Counted from the first letter of the stretch, positions 1 to 12,226 are shown. The stretch: 64,000 nt of DNA from Octopus vulgaris (GCA_951406725.2 OX597822.1:70122001-70186000), one strand, 5' to 3'. The notes: a model not told the origin generated them from the letters alone. Translations and numbers: made by a program.

Positions 1-510
1 TCGGTTCCTTTCCAAAATAATAGTGGGTAAAACTAAAAAATCTGGTGATGAAGGGTCAAAAAAATTAACTTGGCATTATGGTGAGGTATTGATAACTATA
101 TGCAAGAAGAATGACTGCTTTAATTTTTTTTTGTCTTTTGATGCTTGTGTAGGTTGACCCAAATAGTTGACTAAAAACAATTTACAGTTTAGCCAGATTA
201 AGTCTGCAGACACTACCACTGAAAGGGGTTGCACCTAGTAAAAACCGTTTTCCAAACATAGCCAGCAATTAAAACATATTTTATGATGACAAGTCTTTAA
301 TTTCAAACTGTTCATAGGTTATTCTGTAAGTACAACCAATTCATGTCAGCATAGAAAAAGGAACATTAAAACATGGTTGTGCGGTTAAGTAGCTCATTTT
401 GCAGTTGCATGGTTTTGGTTTCATGTCAATTCTTTCCTTCCATGCTTGCAATGGATACAATGATTTACTGGTGGAATCAGTTGTTTTTATAAGTGGACAC
501 ACCCCTTACT

Positions 511-1102
511 CTGAAGGCTTGTAGCTTAGTGTTTAGGTAATCAGCTTATTATTGTAAGGTTGTGAGTTCAATTCCTGGTAGTGCGTTGTGCTCTTGAGTA
601 AGACATTTATTTAATGTAGCTCCAGTCCACTCAGATGGCAAAAATGAGTTGTACCTGTAATTCAAAGGGTCAGTCTTGTCACATTCTATGTCATGCGGAA
701 TCTCCCTGAGAACTAGTGTTAAGGGCATGTGTGTCTGTGGAGTGCTCTTGCTTCAATAGTATAGCTATTATATGCTATTATTATTATTATTATTATTATT
801 ATTAAGGTGGCAAGCTGGCAGAATTGTTAGTGTGCCAGGTGAAATGCTTAACAGTATTTTGTCTGCCGCTATATTCTGAGTTCAAATTCTGTCGAGATTG
901 ACTTTGCCTTTCATTCTTTTGGGATCAATAAATTGAGTACCAGTCAAGTACTGGGATCGATATGTCATGTGGAATCTCCCTGAGAACTAGTGTTAAGGGT
1001 ATGTGTGTCTGTGGAGTGCTGAGCCACTTGCATGTTAATTTCATGATCAGGTTATTCTGTTCATCAGATCAATGGAAACCTCGTTGTCATAACTGATAGT
1101 GC
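511..1102 (+). mobile_element. tRNA-derived SINE family D, interrupted by an internal insertion
   Basis: A/B-box-like head and homology to the 61812-62128 copy. 13-bp TSD CACACCCCTTACT at 498-510 and 1103-1115. Confidence 0.85.
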
Positions 1103-1914
1103 CACACCCCTTACTAAAAAACCACCCAATTGTAAAATTGGGAGAGAACCTCTTTTTTATTTTGTTATTCCCTTAGGCAAACTGGATCAAGGAAAATTAT
1201 GAAGCTTGCTTAAAGATGCAACACAATGATAATAGTATGATTTGAGCTTATTTGCTTTAGTCATTTGACTGCAGCCATGCTGGGGCACTGTCTGGAAGAA
1301 TTTAGTCTAACAAATCAAACCGAGGGAGTGTTTTTTTGTTTTTTTTAAGCCAGTTACTCATATCTGTTGGTTTCTTTCACTGAACTTCCAGTAGTCTGGT
1401 TTCTTAATCTCACAGCTGTTGTGCCACATAGATATGTCAAGAAATTATTTATTTTCATTTATGAACTTCTTTGTTAACATTGGGTGAAATATTTCTTCTA
1501 ATTATGTAACAAAGTGGGTGGCTGGATGCATGGTGGAGAATACAACAAACGTAGTCCTACTTACATCTTCATTTTATTAATAGATTCAGCATTTCTTTAT
1601 AATTGCATAACTATTTTGATGAAATAGTGCTAGAAATGAATTCGAGTTGGTACTACAAATTAGAGTGGGGTTTGGCTAGACCAAATAAGATCTATCATGA
1701 AGTAATTAAGTTGGTCCTTAAAACTTGTTCATCTCACTAATGAGAGGATACAAATCTGTGATATGTAAAGAAAAAAATACTACTTTTCAAATAAACTGGT
1801 CATGTAATTGATGCTAGTATAACAAAATGTTAACAAATGATGATAGATGATAATTCAACCATTCTTTCTCAAAAACACGCCCCCCCTCATATTGATTCAT
1901 ATTATTTGTTTCAA

Positions 1915-2120
1915 ATTTTGGCACAAAGCCAGCTATTTCAAGGGAAGGAGTAAGTTGATTACATCTTCCTTAGTGCTCGATTGGTACTTATTTTATTGAC
2001 CCTGAAAGGATAAAAGGCAAAAATGGACCTTGGCAGAATTTGAACTCAGAACACAAAGACAGATGAAATGGTGCTAAGCATTTTACCTGGTATGCTAATG
2101 ATTCTGCCAGCTTGCCACCT
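1915..2120 (-). mobile_element. SINE family B
   Basis: Reverse complement of the family-B consensus (AAGGTGGCAAGCTGGCAGAA...GAGTTCAAATTC...CCTTTCAGGGTCAATAAAATAAGTACC). Confidence 0.8.
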
Positions 2121-3379
2121 TATTGATTCATACTATTGAAATGAATTTATTCCTTGGTTTTGGAAGGATTCAGTAATTATATCTTACTTTTGATTGCTTT
2201 GTTGCTAATGACTTGCTTATTCATCGTGAAATATAGCTTCCACTTTCTTAATAAGTAAACTTATATATATATATATAATATGTATGTATGTATGTGTGTA
2301 TATAAATAGACCCCCTTCAACTGCCAGTGAGGTAAGCTAGTAGTAGTAGATAGCTTCCATTATCTATGTGACCAAGTCAGTAGTGGAGGTGGATGCTCCA
2401 ACAGCATAGTGGTGAGAATAAGATTAGGATGGCCAAAATTCAGAGAGCTTTGTCTAAAGAACCTCTTGGGGCAGTGCTCCAGCATGGCTGCAGTCAAATG
2501 ACTGAAACAAGTAAAATAGAATATATATATATATACATATGTATATATATAGGAAATAGTGGAACAACATGGTACCAGTTTTTGCTTTAAATAGCAGTTG
2601 ATAATCAATTGACGTTAGGTAAAGCTTCACTGAATGTATAGAGGCAAAAGTTAGTGCCTTGTCTCTGAATGTAAAGAGGCAAAAATTAGTACTAGTCTCT
2701 ATTTATAATTCTACCTTTATGGTGCTTTATTTCGCTGGAAAATAATATTATTGTAGTAGTAGTAATAATAATAATAATAATAGTAATAATATATATATAT
2801 ATATTTAGTATGTATTTGTAACAAATTTAATTTTAAAACTTTTGATAACCTGGAGTAAATGATGTGCTATCACTTATGAAATGCCTGTTGCTCTCTAATA
2901 AGATTAAGTGGTGGACTAAAGTGATTAGATTAGCATTAAACAAGAACTGTTGTTTTGCATGGTAATTTCTTTAAATTGAAAAGATCTAGATTAACTTGTA
3001 TTTACAAGTGAGCTTATGTATAATTAATCTTGCAAAATCTGCAAGGGGCTTTTTTCTATGTCTGAAATGTGTTTCAAGAGGGACTTATTTGCACAGCTGA
3101 TATCTGCAAAATATTTAAGGCTTTACGTGACTTTGAACAAAGAACTGAGTCACTTGTAAGCTAGTTGTTCCAAAGAGAGTTCAGCCTGAAACAATGGTTT
3201 CTTTGTAGTTGGTTACTAGCGAAACCCTAAATTTGGATGGCTATTATCAATGTGCTGTTTATAATAACCATCCAAATTTCCCTTCTCCTAAAATATGGTG
3301 CTATTATCAATGGCATTAGGATTGATATTTTGGGTTGCTTTTTAATTTCAGCTTAAAATTTTTGGATTTTTTAGCTTTT

Positions 3380-3745
3380 ACTAATTTCAGTCATTGGATT
3401 GCAGCCTCACTGGGGTACCATCTTCAAGGGTTTAGTCAAATAAATGGACAGCATTATTTATTTTTTTCAAGGCTGGTACTTATTCTGTCAGTCTCTTTTG
3501 CTGAACTGTTAAGTTATGGGGAATGTAAACAAACCAGCCTCACTTGTCCAGTAGTGGTGAGGACAAACACAACACACACACATTTATATATGATTGGCTT
3601 TCTAATAATTTCTGTTTACTTAATTCCTTTACAAGGGATTTTCAGTCTGAGATTATAGTAGACACTTGTCCCAGGTACTGTACAGTGGTACTGAACCTGA
3701 AATGACATGGTTGCAAATCAAGCTTCTTAACCACACAGCCATGCT
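3380..3745 (-). mobile_element. SINE family A (diverged, full length)
   Basis: Colinear with the reverse complement of 30321-30740. Confidence 0.8.
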
Positions 3746-3904
3746 AATTGTGTTGTCTATTTATCTCACATCCTTAGTATGATTTCAAAGGGCTTTGGTA
3801 ATATCCTTAAAGGTAAATAACTGAACATTTAAAATAACTAAATCACACAGTAAATACATCAGCTTACACAACGTATTTATATAATGTTATAAGTTGATGG
3901 TAGT

Positions 3905-4120
3905 CGAGCCAGCACCACCTGACTGGCTCCCTATGTAAAAAGCACCATCCGAATGTGGTCAATGCCAGTGCTCTCAAAGTGGTTGGCGTTAGGAAGGGCA
4001 TCCGGCTGTAGAAACCTTGCCAGATCAGATTGCAGCCTGATGCAGCCTACTGGCTTGCCAGTCCTCAAGTCAAACTGTCCAACCCATGCCAGCATGGAAA
4101 ACAGATGTTAAACGAGGATG
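3905..4120 (+). mobile_element. Retroposon family C 3' part
   Basis: GGTTGGCGTTAGGAAGGGCATCC...CCCATGCCAGCATGGAAA followed by a GAT-type tail. Many copies in the window. Confidence 0.8.
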
Positions 4121-5028
4121 AATGTAAATGACTTACACAAGTATTTTTAAAAATTACAATTATTGTTAAAGCTATAAACAAGAGAGAACTAAGAATTTTA
4201 CCATTTGATTGATTATATAATACAATTCTGCTAGCTGATAAATTACCGATTTCTTGGCTTCCTTTCTATTATTTTTCTTTTTAATTTTGCTTTTCTGCTG
4301 TTCTTATCTTTTAATTCATCAACGATGTTAATTAGTATCCTTCCACATTTGCGATGTGCAGATGGGTGTGAGAATAGATTGTGGGAAGTTTGTAAATTAA
4401 TGATCTTTTTTTTCTATTTTTTTTTTCTATATTTTATCAGTCTTATTGATTCATTTGGCATAGAAATCATTTTGATGATTGTCTTAAAATTATTTTATTA
4501 TCACTTGGATTATTAACCATATTTCTGACAGACTTTCCTTTCTGGAAGTATGTGTGTGTGTAACTTCCAGTTCATTTGCCAATTTGTTGACTCTACTGTT
4601 TTGTCTTGTAGCTTGCCTGTTAGCCTATTTATATCTTCTTGTTTAACCCTTTTATCACCATATTTCTGCTGGAATACACAATTTTTCTTTCAGTCGATTT
4701 AGAAAATAATGAAAACCATGGTCAAATACCATCATTATTAAGACTGCATCCTCTGGTGAAGAGGATTGGCCAGCAAGAGTCCTGAGTTGGTGCCATGTAA
4801 ACAGCATTTATGCCAGTGCAATCTAAAAACCACTTGCACTGGTGGCACATTAAAAGCACCAAGCATACACTGTAAAGTGGTTGGCATTAGGAAGGGTATC
4901 CCACTGTAGAAACCAGGCCAAATCAGACTGGAACTTGCTGTTTCTCTCCAGCTTGTCAGCTCCAGTCAAACCGTCCAATGGCAATAGATTTTTTTTTCTA
5001 GATTAGAGAAATTTAGTTCAATTCTTTG

Positions 5029-5255
5029 ACCCTTTTGATACCAACCCAGCTGAAACCGCCTCTGGCTCTGTAGTACAAATGTCTTCTTTTCAAAAGTTCT
5101 GAATTAAAATCTTCTACCAAACCTTAGTCACAATTCATGTTCTGAATGCTAGCTTGGTCATAACTAAGTTATTTCACTAAATTCTTTGTTATATTTAAAA
5201 TTAATTGAAAGAAACTTGGAGCATCTCAACAGAAATATAGTAACAAAAGAGTTAA
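5029..5255 (-). mobile_element. piggyBac-like MITE monomer
   Basis: CCCTTT...AAAGAG termini next to TTAA-like sites. Homologous to 6250-6473 and to the dimers at 26.6 kb and 41.7 kb. Confidence 0.75.
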
Positions 5256-6249
5256 CAGCTGTCTTATAATTTTTACTGACTTGTTTGAAGAAGTCCTGCA
5301 TACTGAAGTATATTTATAATTTATCTGTCATTCAGGAAACCAGAAAATCTAGCTTAAGCTATTTAACAATAGACAATAGAAGAAAAAAAAGAGAAGCTAT
5401 ATTCAGTCCTCCTTATCAGTTGTGTTTATCAATTTGACAGCTTAGCTTAGAGGTTACTTCCTTAGTCACACATTAGCCAGAGACTAAGCCACTAAGGATC
5501 ACCCCAAAACAAAGTCTTGATTGCCTCTCCAACACTATGGAGTTGTTATTGAGTTGTATGAGTCAATTAAATTGTTATGGTTTCATTTACCGCTCAGAAA
5601 TTATGCTGATGAATGTAAGATAACATACAAAAATTCCATAAGTAAAATGTGGGATAGTTTTTCTTCCTATGATTAAAATAGACACAGCTAATCCAGATGA
5701 GTTAAAGGCTATCATTGTTACTTACTACTGCCATGTAAATCCTCCTCCTACATCACCACCGCCACTGCTACCATCCTTAGTCTTCATTATTCTTCAACTA
5801 CTCCATTAATATAGTATTGGCTGCTGTCTTAATCTTGTTCTTCCCTCATCTGTTTCTCATTTGACTGAGGTTTTCTGTTGCCTTTAGTAATGAATCGAGG
5901 ATCTCTGAACTTTGTCATTTGTTGGCATGTGTTGCTAATATGATTGCCACGGTGTGTGTCCATGTCCCAGGTTTAATAAACTTGATGAAAATAACCATTA
6001 TTTATCAGCTTCTTTCATTTAATGTCTTTCGGGTTGTTGGGAAGCAAGGACTGAACACAATATGGATGGATCGTGTGAAATGCAGTTATGACATGAGAAA
6101 AAGAAAGGTGAAGTGTATTCAAGAATAATGCTAATTTAACTGCTCGTAATAGTAAAGATAACATTTCCCCTTCAACACTTTTGGTTATCTTAGAACCAGT
6201 TTAACTGAACCCAGCATGGAAAACTTGCTTTCTATAACAGTGTTGTTTT

Positions 6250-6473
6250 AACCCCTTTTATACCAACCTGGCTGAAACTGTGTCTGGCTCTGTAGTACAA
6301 ATGTCTTGCTTTCATAAGTTTTGAATTAAAATCTTCCACCAAACCTTAGTCACAATTGATGTTCCTAACATTAGCTTAATGATAACTAAGTTATTTTACT
6401 AAATTCTTTGTTATATTTAAAATTAATTGAAAGAAACACAGGGCATCTCAACAGAAATATGGTAATGAAAGGG
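6250..6473 (-). mobile_element. piggyBac-like MITE monomer
   Basis: Close homology to 5029-5255; ends CCCTTT/AAAGGG. Confidence 0.75.
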
Positions 6474-6716
6474 CCCTGTCAAATTCCGCCCCCCTTTTAT
6501 TTTCTAAATTAAAGTTGCATTTTATTATTTGGATAACCGTTTGTTCATATATTTACAACTTTTAGTCAGTAATAAAATATTTCAGGGATATTCTATCTAT
6601 TATAATTATTAATACCATTGTTCTTCAGTAGCTCTAGTTTTAAGTTCAAATCATGCCAAAGTTGACATTATTCTCATTGCAATTCCTTTTTATCTTTTTT
6701 TATTTTATTCTTTTAC

Positions 6717-6950
6717 ATGCTGGCATGTGGCTTAATGGTGAGGGTATATAGTTCACAATCGCAAAGTTGTAAGTTCAATTCTTGGAGATGCATTGCATCC
6801 TTGTGCAAAACACTTTATTTCATGTTGCTCCAGTTCACTCAACTGGCAAAAATGAGTAGTACCTGTATTTCAAAGGGCCAGCCTTGTCACATTATATGTC
6901 ACTAAATCTACCTGGGAACTACATTCAGGGTTTGCATATCTGTGGAACAC
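6717..6950 (+). mobile_element. SINE family D (3'-truncated)
   Basis: Homology to 61812-62128. Confidence 0.75.
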
Positions 6951-7235
6951 AATTAACTATACTTTTCCACCAACAAAAGGCTTTGTATTTAGTCAAAATG
7001 GAAGAAATCATTTATGATATATATAAATGTTTATGTAATTTTTCTTCTGAGGTATTGAGTTGATAAATATTTCAAATTTACTAACCTTCAAATATTACCA
7101 ATATCAACTTATATGTTCTTTCATTTAATTTTATATTAAGGTTTTATTGTGAAAAACTGATATCTTTTAATTTTTTTTTGAACATTTTTTCAATCCATCA
7201 TGTATTTTTAAATATTTTTTTCAAGTTTTAAAAAT

Positions 7236-7580
7236 AGGCACAGGCATGGCTGTGTGGTTAAGAAGCTTATTTTGCAACCATGTGGTTTTGAGTTCAAGCC
7301 CACTGCATGGCACCTTGGGCAAGTGTCTTCTACTATAGCCCCAGGCCATCTGTGCCTTGTTAGTAAACATTGGTAATTAGAAACTGTGTGGAAGCCCATT
7401 GCATATATATATATATATGTGCGTGTGAAGGGGGCCCTTTGTATTTTTGTTTGTCCCCAGTCCCCATAATTTAGTGGTTCAGACTTTAGAAAAAATAGAT
7501 CTTGGGGTTGATTTGTTTAACTAGACCATTCAAGGCAATGCCCCAGCATGTCCACAGTCCAATGACTGAAACAAAGAAAG
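7236..7580 (+). mobile_element. SINE family A
   Basis: TGGCTGTGTGG A box, GAGTTCAAGCCC B box, CORE-like CACCTTGGGCAAGTG, and GACTGAAACAA tail. Confidence 0.8.
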
Positions 7581-7949
7581 GGGTTTTTATTAATGATGTG
7601 TCTTGTATCAAATTCATCTACATCAGTTTATGATATATGGGATCAGAAACACTTGGATGGAAAAAGGGTAGAAAGTTACCTACACGTATTCTGTAACTCA
7701 AACACACGTTACCAATTACACTGAAGAAACCTCCATCTTTCTTCCATCAAAGTAAACACAAATCTTACCACTGAAAAAAGTGTTTACATTTAGAATTCAT
7801 ATGTGGAAGTATTGAGAAATATGTTACTAAGTTTTTACTATCGATGTATTTTGATGCCAATTTGGCCATAAATAATAGTTTATTGTGCATTGAATGCGGT
7901 GATGGTGGGGGAGAGGGAGGGTAGGCAGAAAGCTATGTGTTTTCTGCTT

Positions 7950-8365
7950 AAAGGCGGCGAGCTGGCAGAAATGTTAGCACGCCAGGCGAAATGCTTAGCG
8001 GTATTTCATCTGTCGTTACATTCTGAGTTCAAGTTCCACCGAGGTTGACTTTACCTTTCATCCTTTCGGGGTCGATAAATTAAGTACCAGTTACGCACTG
8101 GGGTCGATATAATCGACTTAATCTGTTTTGTGTCCTTGTTTGTCCCCTCTGTGTTTAGCCCCTTGTGGGTAGTAAAAAAATAGGTATTTCATCTGTCTTT
8201 ACGTTCTGAGTTCAAATTCTGCTGAGGTCGACTTTGCTTTCATCCTTTTGGGGTTGATAAATTAAGTAACAGTTACGCACTGGGGTTGATCTAATCGACT
8301 TAATCCCTTTGTCTGTCCTTGTTTGTCCCCTTTATGTTTAGCCCTTTGTGGGCAATAAAGAAATA
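7950..8365 (+). mobile_element. SINE family B with tandemly duplicated body
   Basis: One head followed by two ~183-bp bodies (about 8000-8182 and 8183-8365), each ending in an A-rich tail. Confidence 0.85.
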
Positions 8366-8849
8366 AGAAAGCTACCTGCTTGACATGAATTGAGTTTTAT
8401 TTTAAATGTTACTGGGAAATATACTAACCAAATTTTCATTTCAATGTTGAAATATCAAGTGTTGGATAGGTTTTATTTTTCATGAGTTCTTAACCTTTCG
8501 ATGTTCTGTTATATAAGCAATAGTGCTTCTTTTGTGAGTCTTTGATGTAACTGGATTTAGTTTAGGTTATGGTAGATAAAGGGGTAACTTGGTAGCTGGT
8601 GAATATGGAGATTGTTAAAGTAATTTTACTAGTTTCTTAAACTGTATGAAAAGAAAATATAATATTACTCAATGTCAAGTATGGTTATTCACCAGAGATT
8701 GATAAAAGGGTAGTTACCATACGAGAAATTCAGACCTGGTCCCATTTGCATGGATTCTATAACCATTTGGGAACACACATTGTTGTTGCTCTCATTATAA
8801 TTACAGTAATATGAGTTTGAAGAAAATTGTTGAATTCTATGCTTTACAG

Positions 8850-9270
8850 TGCTAGATGATTGTATAATGGGAAATATCATCAGCCAGGTGCCCTCCCTGC
8901 GTCCTGGGGTTGGCTTGCCAAAACTTACTGTGTTGTGCTGCATGTATACAATCAGCCAGGGCTTTGTTTCCAGTCCATTCTTTGATGTCTTCAGTCCATG
9001 AATCTCTTTGACAACCTCTTGTTCTCTTTCCCTCAACACAAAATGGTCTGAGATAGTGATTCATGGTGCCCAAAATATGACAGCTTTGTGGATTTGATTC
9101 TAGCATTGCAGTATTTGTTACCCTGTCTTTTCAGCTTATCCTATCCAATCTGCAAAAGGTCCACATCCTTTGCTCCGTAGCTGGTGTACACTGTCCAAGT
9201 TCTTGTCTTGTAGAGGCCAATTAGCATGATGTAGCAGTTAACTAGCCTCAGTTTTAGATGGAAAACATAA
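8850..9270 (-). mobile_element. RTE-clade LINE 3' remnant
   Basis: Translation VEGKRTRGCQRDSWTEDIKEWTG...AAQHSKFWQ resembles the RTE C-terminal G(K)RxRGRPxxxWxDxI motif. Degenerate upstream. Confidence 0.75.
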
Positions 9271-9995
9271 ACATTTAAAGTAATCCCCCCTCCCCAAAAA
9301 AGGGAACCAGCAACTGACAAAAAACAACAGTAATTTCAGAGTCATCCAATCCTTTAGAGTAAGATGATAAAAAAATTTTTTAAATCATTTAAAAATAGAA
9401 ACAAAACAAAATTCACAATTTCGAGTATAGTTACTATTGCTCATTTGGACTGTAAAAAGATAAACACTATTGACCTTGAAACTAAAAGCAATAATAATAC
9501 AAGTAGTTATTTTAATGCTATCTTGAAGTGAATTATCACAAGTGGTTGTTACAGTCACTGAGTATGAACTTTTAGACCTGCCCCCCCACCCCCACCCCCA
9601 AAAGCTTATCATAGGGAAATGTCCGGTAAATCCAGTTTTTACAAATGGTTTGTGCAACCCACTAATATTTAATAGATATAATCAAGGCAGTGAGCTGACA
9701 GAATCATTAGCATGCCGAGCGAAGTGCTTAGCAGCATTTTGTCCGTCTTCATGTTCTGAATTCGAATTCGGGCTCAATAAAAGAAGTACCAATTGAACAC
9801 TGGGGGGTCGATGTAATTGACTTACCCCCTCCTCTGAATTAACTGGACTTGTGCAAAAAGATTTGAAACCAATATTTGTTTTTATGTGGGGGATATAATT
9901 AATTATAATCTTATGAGTTTATTAATATTCTTGTAATTTATTTGTAATATGGGAGCCCCTCCATTTATTAATTTAATTAGGAAGGTCATATTATA

Positions 9996-9999
<4 letters not shown>

Positions 10000-10090
<91 letters not shown>
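10000..10090. repeat. (CT)n(TA)n compound microsatellite
   Basis: Read directly from the sequence. Confidence 0.98.
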
Positions 10091-10094
<4 letters not shown>

Positions 10095-10284
10095 TTTATA
10101 GAAGGAGCTTCTACAGGACTAGAACTGTTTCATTCAAAAGAAATCATCAGGAAGCTCCTGATGATTTCTTTTGAATGAAACAGTTCTAGTCCTGTAGAAG
10201 CTCCTTCTATAAAATAAATTAATTTACTCTGCTATGTATTGAGTACCTTATTTACTGTGGTTAACCCCGACTCAACCCGGGACC

Positions 10285-10288
<4 letters not shown>
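10089..10288. mobile_element. Penelope-like/retrozyme-like remnant: perfect palindrome plus ~70-bp unique tail, inserted in a (TA)n tract
   Basis: Arms 10089-10152 and 10156-10219 are exact reverse complements with a 3-nt loop (AGC). Contains hammerhead cores and is flanked by (TA)n on both sides. The Penelope assignment is inference. Confidence 0.6.
10103..10159 (-). ncRNA. Minimal type I hammerhead ribozyme motif
   Basis: Minus strand reads AGGAGCUUC-CUGAUGA-U UUC UUUU GAA U-GAA-ACAG UUCUAGUC CUGU-A-GAAGCUCCU. This gives a perfect 9-bp stem I, intact CUGANGA and GAAA core, short stem II, 4-bp stem III and a GUA cleavage triplet (cut between 10112 and 10111). Confidence 0.8.
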
Positions 10289-10322
<34 letters not shown>

Positions 10323-10344
10323 GGGTTTTTTTGTTGTTTTTTGT

Positions 10345-10377
<33 letters not shown>

Positions 10378-10765
10378 CTCTTTTGTCATTTGACTGTGGC
10401 CATGCTGGAGCACTGCCTTTAGTCGAGCAATTCGACCCCAGGACTTATTCTTTGTAAGCCTAGTACTTATTCTATCGGTCTCTTTTGCCGAAGTGCTAAG
10501 TTACGGGGGACGTAAACACACCACCATCGGTTGCCAAGCGATGTTGGGGGGACAAACATAGACACACAAACACATACATACATATATATATATATACATA
10601 TATATGATGGGTTTCTTTCAGTTTCTGTCTACCAAATCCACTCACAAGGCTTTGGTCGACTCGAGGTTATAGTAGAAGATACTTAACCAAGGTGCCACGC
10701 AGTGGGAATGAACCCGGAACCATGTGGTTGGTAAGCAAGCTACTTACTACACAGCCACTCCTATG
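10378..10765 (-). mobile_element. SINE family A (young, full length)
   Basis: High similarity to the reverse complement of 30321-30740; CpGs retained. Confidence 0.9.
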
Positions 10766-10788
10766 TTGTGGCAAAAATTTGAAATAAG

Positions 10789-11005
10789 AAAGGTGGCGAG
10801 CTGACAGAAATGTTAGCACACTGGGTGAAATGCTTAGCGGTATTTCTTCTGTCTTCATGTTCTGAGTTCAAATTCCGCCAAGGTCAACTTTGCCTTTCAT
10901 CCTTTTGAGGTTGATAAATTAAGTACCAGTTGTGTACTGGGGATGATCCATTCGACTGGACCCCTCCCCCCAAATTTTGGGCCTTTTACATTGAGTAGAA
11001 AAGAA
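10789..11005 (+). mobile_element. SINE family B
   Basis: Matches the family-B pattern from head to GTAGAAAAGAAT tail. Confidence 0.85.
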
Positions 11006-11276
11006 TATATGTATATATATTTGTGTACATATGAGTGTCTGTGCATTCTTACATATGCATTTCCCTGAGAAATGGTGAAATTGTTGTCCTGACTTTGTGC
11101 CTTCAGAAATATGTGAAATAAGGGGGGGGGTCTTACGTGAAATACAAATAAGGCTTAGCGACAGGGAAGGGTATCTAGCTGTAAAACGATGCCTCAACAA
11201 TATACTTGTCTAACCCATGCTAAGATGGAAAATCAGATGTAGAATGACCAAACAATTCACACTAATATAATCCTTT

Positions 11277-11650
11277 GTGGAGGCACATGGCCTAGTGGTT
11301 AGAGCAGGGGACTCATGGTTGAGGGCTCGTGGGTTCAAATCTCAGACAGGGTGATGTGTGTGTTTATGAGCAAAACACCTTGTGAGTGGATTTGGTAGAC
11401 AGAAACTGAAAGAAACCCATCGTATATATGTGTGTGTGTGTGTGCTTGTGTGTCTGTGTTTGTCCCCCCAACATCGCTTGACAACCGATGCTGGTGTGTT
11501 TACATTCCTGTAACTTAGTGGTTCAGCAAAAGAGACCGATAGAATAAGTACTAGGCTTACAAAGAATGAGTCCTGGGGTCGATTTGTTTGACTAAAGGTG
11601 CTGCTCCAGCATGGCCGCAGTCAAATGACTGAAACAAGTAAAAGAATAAA
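11277..11650 (+). mobile_element. Chimeric SINE: family F head plus family A 3' two-thirds
   Basis: Head matches the 5' end of the 31240-31594 element up to AAAACACCT, then continues as family A (TGTGAGTGGATTTGGTAGAC...). Confidence 0.8.
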
Positions 11651-12226
11651 ATATATATATATATATATATATACATACATACATACACATGTAGATATAC
11701 ATGTAATGTGGTGGCTGTCAGAACCAGTAGACCATCAAACAGAATGCGTGGTCGTATATGGTTATGTCCTTTTATGCTCTGCATTCAAATCTTGCCCAAG
11801 TTGGTGTTGCCTTTCATCTTTTCAAGGTTGATAAAATATGTACCAGCTGAGTACTAGACAGTTGATATAATTGACTATATTTTTGAAGGCAGTGCCAAAA
11901 CATAGTTACAGTACACAATAAGTGAAAGCATTATATGTATATATGTTCTGGCTTGAGAATAAACCACAAGGTGAATGGAAAATCAGTGGAGAGGCCAATA
12001 GAGGAAAAAAAAAAGAAAAAGAAAAAGACCCCCCACCCCTCAAAAATCCAATCTATCCCTTCCTGTTAATACTTTGGTGTATTATTACATTTATGTTGTT
12101 GGTTATTTATTGTTTCTCGTTTAGTTCTGTAATGATGATAAGCCTTCACACCACATGTCAGGAACTTCATGCTACTCTTCTGTTCAATAAAACATCTGAC
12201 TTTGCTGATAAGAATGCAGGGAAATT

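Noticed and set aside
2630-2700. 35-bp two-copy tandem duplication
   Set aside because: Ordinary local slippage duplication with no further structure.
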